64,000 bases of DNA from Clostridia bacterium. GTDB taxonomy: Bacteria > Bacillota > Clostridia > Christensenellales > CAG-138. The notes under the pieces were generated by a model. It was not told the origin of the DNA and did no database searches. It saw nothing but the letters and a program-made list of their open reading frames with translations. Below, one piece after another: positions 57,485 to 64,000 of the stretch. The translations under genes and the position numbers were made by a program. Every line of letters starts with the position of its first letter. Position 1 is the stretch's first letter. The stretch covers positions 134 through 64,133 of the forward strand of contig JAFYHI010000038.1 of assembly GCA_017539215.1 (NCBI GenBank), given 5' to 3'.

Positions 57485-58002
57485 ACGATAAAATCAAGAG
57501 CGTTATAGTGCTTACCGTCATCTGCCTCGTTGTGACCGCCCTGCTTGCCGTGACCAACAGCTTTACAGCCCCGGTGATACAGGACGCCCGCGACAAAAAG
57601 GTCAAGGAATCGCTGCGTGCAGTACTGCCCGACATGTACAGCATACGCGATGCCGAGCTCCCCGAGGGCGCTCCCTCCACCGTCAAGGCTATCTACATCA
57701 TTGACGATAAGGATTATGCCGTAGTGCTGTCTACAAATTCCGCCTACTCGAACGGCGATATGGGCATCACGGTAGGCATCGGAGAGACGGGGGAGATACT
57801 GGGAGTTAAGCTGACTTCCTACTTCGAGTCCAAGGACTTCGGGCGGGAGACGTACCCCGCGCAGTTCATCGGGAAAAACGCCGACTCCATCTCGGGGATC
57901 GACGTGTTTGCCGGAGTTACCTATTCCTCTAAAGCGTTCAAGTCCGCACTTTCCGACGCTTTTAAAGCCGTAGAACTCATCAAAGGAGGTGAAGCGGAGT
58001 GA
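57481..58002 (+). CDS. rnfG: Electron transport complex subunit RnfG
   Basis: One N-terminal TM helix and an FMN-binding-domain C-terminus (GVTYSSKA). Positioned between rnfD and rnfE. Confidence 0.85.
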   Translation: MNDKIKSVIVLTVICLVVTALLAVTNSFTAPVIQDARDKKVKESLRAVLPDMYSIRDAELPEGAPSTVKAIYIIDDKDYAVVLSTNSAYSNGDMGITVGIGETGEILGVKLTSYFESKDFGRETYPAQFIGKNADSISGIDVFAGVTYSSKAFKSALSDAFKAVELIKGGEAE

Positions 58003-58706
58003 AAAAGCTGAAAATACTCCTCAACGGTCTGCTTAAAGAAAACCCCGTTCTGGTGCTCGTGCTCGGTACTTGTCCCACACTTGCGATGAGTGTAAGCGTG
58101 ATAAACGCCATCGCAATGGGTTTGGCGGCAACTGCGGTACTTACCTGCTCCAATATGGTCATTTCGCTTTTGCGCAAAGTCATCCCCGATACCGTCAGGA
58201 TCCCCTGCTACATTGTCGTTATCGCCGGATTCGTTACGCTTGTACAGATGCTGATGGAGGCATACCTTCCCGACCTTTATGAGATGCTCGGCGTTTACCT
58301 TGCGCTCATAGTTGTCAACTGCATCATACTCGGGCGTGCCGAGATGTTCGCCAACAAGCATAACGTAGGCGAGTCGGCGCTTGACGGCCTGGGCATGGGC
58401 TTTGGCTTTACGCTTGCTCTGCTCGCCATGGCCGCCGTGCGTGAGGTACTCGGCAATGCGACCTTCGCCGGTATGAAGATCGCTTTCCTCGAGCCGTATA
58501 AGATCTCGTTCCTGACTGCGCCTCCGGGCGGCTTCCTTGTGTTCGGGTGCCTCATTGCGCTCGTTGCACACATAACGCGCGGCAAAGCTCCTCAAAGGAA
58601 AAGCTTCGACTGCGAAGGCTGTCCGTCGGCGTCGTTCTGCCGCAAAGACACGGCTTCATGTGCCGAATCGACTGAAAACGGAGGTACCGTAAATGGAAAC
58701 GTTTAA
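57999..58706 (+). CDS. rnfE: Electron transport complex subunit RnfE
   Basis: NPVLVLVLGTCPTLA and LIVVNCIILGRAE blocks. Confidence 0.9.
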   Translation: MKKLKILLNGLLKENPVLVLVLGTCPTLAMSVSVINAIAMGLAATAVLTCSNMVISLLRKVIPDTVRIPCYIVVIAGFVTLVQMLMEAYLPDLYEMLGVYLALIVVNCIILGRAEMFANKHNVGESALDGLGMGFGFTLALLAMAAVREVLGNATFAGMKIAFLEPYKISFLTAPPGGFLVFGCLIALVAHITRGKAPQRKSFDCEGCPSASFCRKDTASCAESTENGGTVNGNV

Positions 58707-59295
58707 GCTCATGCTGAAGATCATAATGACCTCGGTATTGGTCAACAACTATGTGCTTTCCAAGTTTTTGGGTATCTGCCCGTTCCTCGGAGTGTCCAAA
58801 AAACTCGATCAGGCGTCGGGTATGGGCATTGCGGTTATTTTCGTAATGCTGCTTGCCACAGCCGCCACCTGGCCCATTCAAACTTACCTGCTCGATCCAA
58901 ACGGCCTTGGCTACCTGCAAACGATAGTCTTTATACTCGTCATTGCGGCCCTCGTCCAGTTTGTTGAGATCGTGCTTAAAAAGTACATCCCCTCGCTCCA
59001 TGCGTCGCTGGGCGTGTACCTGCCTCTCATCACAACCAACTGCGCCGTGCTCGGCGTCACCATCAACAACATAACCGACGGATACAATTTCCTTGAGTCC
59101 ATGGTAAGCTCACTTGGCTGCGGCCTCGGATTCCTGCTTGCAATGGTCATATTCGCCGGCGTGCGTGAAAGGATGGAGGAGGCCCTGCCTCCGAAGGCGT
59201 TCCGCGGAGTTCCCATAACACTTGCGGCCGCTTCCATAGTGTCGCTTGCTTTCTACGGTTTCGGCGGCATCGTAACGAGTATATTCGGGGAGTAA
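58693..59295 (+). CDS. rnfA: Electron transport complex subunit RnfA
   Basis: NNYVLSKFLGICPFLGVS and PLITTNCAVLG blocks. Confidence 0.9.
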   Translation: METFKLMLKIIMTSVLVNNYVLSKFLGICPFLGVSKKLDQASGMGIAVIFVMLLATAATWPIQTYLLDPNGLGYLQTIVFILVIAALVQFVEIVLKKYIPSLHASLGVYLPLITTNCAVLGVTINNITDGYNFLESMVSSLGCGLGFLLAMVIFAGVRERMEEALPPKAFRGVPITLAAASIVSLAFYGFGGIVTSIFGE

Positions 59296-59299
59296 TGCT

Positions 59300-60115
59300 A
59301 TGAGTCCGGTTCTTCTTGCGATCATTTCAGTTACAGCCATCGGGCTTATATGCGCGGTGGTGCTTGCCGTTGCTTCCCATTTTATGGGAGTTCCCGTCAA
59401 CGAGAAGGAGGTAGCCATCCGCGAGTGCCTCCCCGGCGCCAACTGCGGCGCATGCGGCTTTACCGGCTGTGACGGTTATGCAAAGGCGCTTGCCGAGAAG
59501 GAAGGCATAAAAACGAACCTGTGCGTTCCCGGTGCGGACGCCGTGGCAAAAAAGATTGCCGACGTTCTCGGAGTCGAGAGCGAGGACGTCATCGAGCAGG
59601 TCGCATTCGTGCATTGTGCCGGCGATTGCTACAACCATAAGCAGAAGCATATTTATGAGGGGATCTCCTCCTGCCGCGCCGCTCAGATGCTTTACGGCGG
59701 CAAGGGTATGTGTTCTCACGGATGCCTCGGCCTTGGCGACTGCGCCTCCGTCTGCCCTCAGGATGCTATCTGCATTGAAAACGGCATAGCTCACGTCGAT
59801 ACCAGAAAATGCGTTGGATGCGGACTCTGCGCAAAGGCCTGTCCCAACCATATCATTGAGCTTTTCCCGGATGTTACCCGGGTGGTAGTTACCTGCTCTA
59901 ACCGCGAAAAAGGCGCTTCTGTTCGCAAAAAATGCTCGGCAGGCTGTATTGGCTGCGGGCTTTGCGCAAGGAACTGCCCCCAGGGCGCAGTTTCGGTTGT
60001 GAACAACCTTGCCGTAATCGATTATGAGAAGTGCATAGGCTGCGGCGTCTGCCGTGAAAAATGTCCTACGCATGCAATAAGATTCGCTGATTTTTCAGGC
60101 AGGCACAGGTTCTGA
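59300..60115 (+). CDS. rnfB: Electron transport complex subunit RnfB
   Basis: N-terminal TM helix, CGACGFTGC cluster, and several CxxCxxCxxxCP ferredoxin motifs. Confidence 0.9.
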   Translation: MSPVLLAIISVTAIGLICAVVLAVASHFMGVPVNEKEVAIRECLPGANCGACGFTGCDGYAKALAEKEGIKTNLCVPGADAVAKKIADVLGVESEDVIEQVAFVHCAGDCYNHKQKHIYEGISSCRAAQMLYGGKGMCSHGCLGLGDCASVCPQDAICIENGIAHVDTRKCVGCGLCAKACPNHIIELFPDVTRVVVTCSNREKGASVRKKCSAGCIGCGLCARNCPQGAVSVVNNLAVIDYEKCIGCGVCREKCPTHAIRFADFSGRHRF

Positions 60116-60120
60116 ACCGC

Positions 60121-60165
60121 AAAAAATAAAGCGCCCCGCGTTCCGGATAAACTGCGGGGCGCTTT
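60121..60165. terminator. Bidirectional terminator between rnfB and trkH
   Basis: 12-bp stem AAAGCGCCCCGC/GCGGGGCGCTTT. The forward-strand A-run (60121-60126) lying 5' of the hairpin gives a U-tract for the minus-strand transcript. Confidence 0.65.
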
Positions 60166-60172
60166 ATCGCCG

Positions 60173-61627
60173 TCATCTTCTCTTCCACGCACTCCTTGAG
60201 AAGAGCACTATAATGGGGAATATCTCAAGCCTTCCCGCAAGCATATCGAATATCAGCACCAGCTTAGACAGCACGCTGTAGCCTGAATAATTCAGCGTCG
60301 GGCCTATGCCCTCAAGACCGGGGCCCATATTGTTAAAACACGAAACAACCGCTGTAAGGTTCGTCGTAGTGCTGAAATTATCAAGGGATACTATAACAAA
60401 ACTCGCTATCACGATCAGCACATATGCACAGAGATAACCGTTTGTGTTGCGCAGCACGGTCTCGTCAACAACGGAACCGTTCATCCTGACAGCCTGCACT
60501 TTGTTGGGATACAGCACCTGCCTGACGTTTCTGCGGAGTATCTTCACAACAAGCAGGCCGCGTCCTATCTTGAAACCGCCTCCTGTCGAGCCCGCTGAAG
60601 CGCCTATGAACATCAGAGTGAACAGTAAGCCTTTTGAGAATGAAGGCCACAGATCGAAGTCCGTGGTCGCAAAGCCGGTTGAAGACAGCAGACTTCCGAC
60701 CTGGAAAGCGGAATGCCTGAGCGATTCTCCGAAGGTGGGGTACATTCCCCGAATGTTGATCGTGATGGCTGCGATACAGAAAACCGCTACGCAGACATAT
60801 ACTCTCAATTCTTCATCTTTAAGTATGTTTTTGAATTTGCCCGTCAGTATCAGATAATAACACGAAAAGTTCACGCCGAACAGGAACATGAACACCGTGC
60901 ATACCCATTGAATATATGGCGAATAGCTTGCAATAGACGTATTGAGCACGCCGAACCCACCTGTGCCGGCAGTTCCGATGGCAATACATACGGCGTCGAA
61001 TATGGGCATTCCGCCGCAGATAAGGAATACAAAGTCAAGGACCGTCAAGAGTATGTACATTCCGTACAGTATCGTTGCGGTCTGCTTCATGCGCGGCACA
61101 AGCTTTCCCACGTCGGGACCGGGGCTTTCGGCCCGCAGCAGGTGCATAGTAAACCCGTCGCTGCGTCCGCTGATGGGGACAAGCGCCAGCAGGAATACAA
61201 GCACGCCCATGCCGCCAAGCCAATGGCTGGTGCTTCGCCAAAGCAGCATTCCTTTTGAAAGCGCTTCCACGTCGTTTAATATGGACGCACCGGTCGTTGA
61301 AAAACCCGATGCGATCTCAAACAGCGCATCGATATAGCTCGGGATCTCACGCGAAATTACAAAGGGCAGAGCGCCGAAAAGGCTCATTATTATCCAGCAG
61401 AACCCAACGCATACAAGCCCGTCGCGCGAATAAAAACCTTTTTTGGCCTTTCTCGAAACAAGCCACAGCAGGCTTGCGGCAACAAGTATAATGCTTATCG
61501 TGATAAGGAATGCCACGGCCGACGATCCCGCGCCGCCAAGCGCGCACAGAAGCATCGCCGGTAGCATAAAGGCAGCCTCAACAACAAGAATGTATGAGAT
61601 CAGCCGTCCTATCATCCTGTAGTTCAT
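60173..61627 (-). CDS. trkH: TrkH/KtrB family potassium uptake protein
   Basis: Polytopic, 484 aa, with repeated selectivity-filter-like motifs (GFSTTGAS, TAGTGGFG, SSTGFAT, SAGSTGGG). Confidence 0.9.
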   Translation of the reverse strand: MNYRMIGRLISYILVVEAAFMLPAMLLCALGGAGSSAVAFLITISIILVAASLLWLVSRKAKKGFYSRDGLVCVGFCWIIMSLFGALPFVISREIPSYIDALFEIASGFSTTGASILNDVEALSKGMLLWRSTSHWLGGMGVLVFLLALVPISGRSDGFTMHLLRAESPGPDVGKLVPRMKQTATILYGMYILLTVLDFVFLICGGMPIFDAVCIAIGTAGTGGFGVLNTSIASYSPYIQWVCTVFMFLFGVNFSCYYLILTGKFKNILKDEELRVYVCVAVFCIAAITINIRGMYPTFGESLRHSAFQVGSLLSSTGFATTDFDLWPSFSKGLLFTLMFIGASAGSTGGGFKIGRGLLVVKILRRNVRQVLYPNKVQAVRMNGSVVDETVLRNTNGYLCAYVLIVIASFVIVSLDNFSTTTNLTAVVSCFNNMGPGLEGIGPTLNYSGYSVLSKLVLIFDMLAGRLEIFPIIVLFSRSAWKRR

Positions 61628-61642
61628 AAAACCAACCCCGCA

Positions 61643-63001
61643 TCATTCAAAGATATCGTTAAGCTTTATGATGGGCCTTCCGGACTCCGAAACGATGATC
61701 ACCGTGTCGCCCTGATGGAAGCAGGAGTCACCGTTTGGAATCTCAACGTGTGAAAGGTGCAGTATGCTTGCAATCAGCACGTTCTTTTTCAGCCGCAGCT
61801 TTTTCAGAGGAACACCGCAGTTGGCGGTATCCTTTGTAACATGGAATTCCATCGCTTCCGCTTTGCCGTCTGCTATCCTGTGTACGGCGATGGAGGTGCC
61901 GGTCTGGTTTCGCATGCCGCGTACGTAGCCGACAATGGTATTTGAGCAAAGGTCCTTTGGGCAGACCACGCTTCCGAAGGAGATGCTTTCAAGTATCGCG
62001 GAGCTTTCCGTGCGCGAAAGCTTGGTGATGATCTGCTTAACTCCGCAGCTTTTGACGTAAAGAGATATCATCATATTCAGCTCGTCAAGGCCGGTCATGC
62101 CAACAACGGCGTCATCCTCCGAAAGCCTTGCACTCTCCCAAAACGCAAGATCGGAAGCGTCTTCGTTGACGATAGATGCTTTGGGCAGAAGCTCAGCCAA
62201 CTTCACACATTTATCGGCGCTGCGTTCGATTATCAGGACTTCTGTAGAACCCTTTTCGAGCATTTGCGCCAGATAGTACGCAATGCGTCCTCCGCCGCAT
62301 ATAATGACCCTTTTTACCCTGTGAGTTATGATGCCGAGGTTTTTAAGCAACAGCGCCAACTGGTTTGTAGTGGCCGTAACAAAGAGTCGGTCCCCTTCAG
62401 CCAAAACAAAGTTGCCCGTTGGCATTATGGCTTCTCCGCCGCGCAGCACGGTGCAAACAAGCGCCTGGCACTTTGTTATCTGTCCAAGCTGCATGAGCTT
62501 TATATCCTTTAAGGGACTGTCGGAAGTCACCCTCAGCTCGACTATTTCAACTTTTCCGTGGGCGAATTTTTCGCGTTTCAAAAAACCGGGGTATTTTATC
62601 AGCCTTTCGATCTCCTGTGCGGCTTGACGTTCGGGATTTATCAGCAGCGACAGGCCGAGCGAATCGCGCATCATAACGATCTGCTCGCTGTATTCAGGGT
62701 TGCGTATGCGGGCGATGGTGTGAATGCTTTTGTTGAGCTTATGCGCTGTCAGACAGCATAAAAGGTTGACCTCGTCCTCGCTCGTTGCTGCGATAAGCAG
62801 ATCTGCGTTTTCCGCGCCGGCGTGCTGAAGAACGTCCATTGCGGCGCAGTTGCCGTGAACGCACATGATATCGTAGAGCCCCTGACCGGACTCGAGCTTT
62901 TTCTTGTTTGAATCGATTATGGTAAGATCGTACCCTTCGGCTGAAAGCTGGCGGGTGAGGGCGGATCCGACCTTTCCGTAACCGGCAATGATTATCTTCA
63001 T
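61643..63001 (-). CDS. trkA: Trk system potassium uptake protein TrkA (two RCK/NAD-binding repeats)
   Basis: MKIIIAGYGKVGSAL and a second Rossmann motif VIICGGGRIAYYLA. Start ATG 63001 lies downstream of a good promoter. Confidence 0.9.
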   Translation of the reverse strand: MKIIIAGYGKVGSALTRQLSAEGYDLTIIDSNKKKLESGQGLYDIMCVHGNCAAMDVLQHAGAENADLLIAATSEDEVNLLCCLTAHKLNKSIHTIARIRNPEYSEQIVMMRDSLGLSLLINPERQAAQEIERLIKYPGFLKREKFAHGKVEIVELRVTSDSPLKDIKLMQLGQITKCQALVCTVLRGGEAIMPTGNFVLAEGDRLFVTATTNQLALLLKNLGIITHRVKRVIICGGGRIAYYLAQMLEKGSTEVLIIERSADKCVKLAELLPKASIVNEDASDLAFWESARLSEDDAVVGMTGLDELNMMISLYVKSCGVKQIITKLSRTESSAILESISFGSVVCPKDLCSNTIVGYVRGMRNQTGTSIAVHRIADGKAEAMEFHVTKDTANCGVPLKKLRLKKNVLIASILHLSHVEIPNGDSCFHQGDTVIIVSESGRPIIKLNDIFE

Positions 63002-63035
63002 ATCGAACCTCATGGATAAAATTTTCGACAGATAC

Positions 63036-63063
63036 ATTATAGCACAAAACTTTCCAAAGGCAA
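63036..63063 (-). promoter_or_regulatory. Promoter candidate for trkA-trkH (TTGCCT-16-TATAAT, TG-extended)
   Basis: The minus strand reads TTGCCTTTGGAAAGTTTTGTGCTATAAT. The -10 lies at fwd 63036-63041, 35 nt upstream of ATG 63001. Confidence 0.5.
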
Positions 63064-63260
63064 CATGGAATTGCGTTGATACTGCAATGATTCGGGCGCT
63101 GTTAGGGGACGGAGGGGAGTCAGGCGCAGGGCTTCAAATCCCCCGACCCATATTCGCCAACAAAAAAGGCCAACCCCACCCTCCGTAAGGAAGGTGCCCC
63201 AAGGTGGCTCTTGTATCTGAATTAAATATTGTTTGATGTGGTATCGGCGTGGCCTTATGG

Positions 63261-63801
63261 CTACGCCGGTATTTCTTTGCTCTGCGATTCCTTGGCAAGG
63301 CGATTCTGGAATGCTTCTTCCGTTCCCTCGGGGCTGAGCTCACGGAGAATGCCAACGCCGCTGTAGTAGACGTTTACAACCTGGTATCGCTTCCCGTTAA
63401 GGTACTTTGGAGCATAGACTACGATCCTGTCAATGAATTTGTGGATCAGCTCCGGCGTCAGCTTTTTGATCTTGGTAAGCTGCTTCACCTTGTCGATGAA
63501 CCGCTGCAGATTCTCCGTCTTGTCTGTCTCGGTTTCCAGATAGGTCTGCATTTCGGGGAGGGCGGCTTTCAGCTTCTGCTGTTCCTACTCGTAAGCCATG
63601 GACAGCGTAGCGGTCATCGGAGAGCTTACCCTTGGCGTTGTCCTCGTAAAGCTTTTGGATCAGTCCGTCGATCTCGGCGATAGGGCGTTTTGCCTTGTTC
63701 AGCTCCCGGCGCTTTTCCGCAAGCTCCTTCTTCTTGTCCTCGCTATAGCAAACCATCTGCTTCCGTGCGAACTCCTTCTCGAAGATATGTTTGACCTTCA
63801 C
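63261..63801 (-). pseudogene. Decayed C-terminal fragment of a large serine recombinase (coiled-coil / DUF4368-like region)
   Basis: Two frames together read ...IDGLIQKLYEDNAKGKLSDDRYA / TLSMAYE*EQQKLKAALPEMQTYLE...LTPELIHKFIDRIVVYAPKYLNGKRYQVVNVYYSGVG. There is a frameshift near 63600-63612 and an in-frame TAG at 63585-63587. No resolvase catalytic domain is present. Confidence 0.7.
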
Positions 63802-63816
63802 AAATACTGATTTGTC

Positions 63817-64000
63817 TCACAACTTCAACACGGCGGGCATTTCGCCGTCGTCCTCATCATAAGCTTCGGGAACCTCTTTAAAGCCAAATCCCGCATACAT
63901 CCTTCGAGCGACTTCATTCTCATTCGCATAGCACAGCCAGGCATATTTTGCCTTTCGGCATGGGCCGGAGCGGATGAAATCGAGTACGAGTTCCAGCGCT
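63817..64000 (-). CDS. GNAT-like N-acetyltransferase, C-terminal fragment (5' end outside the window)
   Basis: My own translation of the minus strand gives ...ALELVLDFIRSGPCRKAKYAWLCYANENEVARRMYAGFGFKEVPEAYDEDDGEMPAVLKL, with a stop at 63817-63819. The N..A...Y...GF pattern is GNAT-like. Confidence 0.45.
   Translation of the reverse strand, partial: ALELVLDFIRSGPCRKAKYAWLCYANENEVARRMYAGFGFKEVPEAYDEDDGEMPAVLKL

Noticed and set aside
63093-63150. tRNA gene or tRNA 3' fragment suggested by GGGCTTCAAATCCCCC
   Set aside because: The putative T-stem lacks the G53-C61 pair and I cannot draw a matching acceptor stem or anticodon arm. The best fold is only about 65 nt. I kept it only as part of the unassigned-segment finding.
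62988-63355. Small ORFs (66 aa plus strand, 73 aa minus strand) in the trkA upstream region
   Set aside because: They have no RBS and odd composition. They overlap the trkA promoter and start, or the recombinase relic, and so are most likely non-coding.

Overview
This is a GC-rich, densely coding chromosomal segment. I infer it is of Firmicutes/Clostridia type from the RnfCDGEAB complex, a CwlD-like amidase, GGAGG ribosome-binding sites and the overall gene content. I can support about 65 protein genes on both strands. I cannot support any rRNA gene, tRNA gene or CRISPR array.

Most of the content is housekeeping:
- isocitrate dehydrogenase (IDH) fragment, deoC, mnmA, hslO, nth, obg, nadD-yqeK, rsfS, dnaX, hisS
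- a histidine-utilisation cluster running through formimino-THF (hutH, hutU, glutamate formimidoyltransferase, hutI, cyclodeaminase), with a convergent folD operon
- phosphohexomutase, asnS, potABCD behind an XRE-cupin regulator
- a cell-envelope block: ddl, murF, amidase, S11 proteins, glmM, and a left-handed beta-helix (LbH) acyltransferase
- rnfCDGEAB and trkHA

The only trace of mobile DNA is a decayed C-terminal fragment of a large serine recombinase at the right edge.

I did not find a convincing self-contained novel multi-gene system. The leads I consider most worth a second look are:
1. An S11/PBP5-like protein in which all three catalytic motifs are replaced. It carries a roughly 390-aa extension and sits directly upstream of an intact amidase.
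2. An unassigned structured GC-rich segment upstream of trkA, next to the recombinase relic.
3. An orphan 329-aa ORF flanked by two long AT-rich control regions.
4. Several unusual fusions or couplings: NadD-YqeK, HMA-MnmA, PotA with tandem TOBE domains, and an orphan BlaI.

All product calls rest on by-eye motif recognition. No database search was run.
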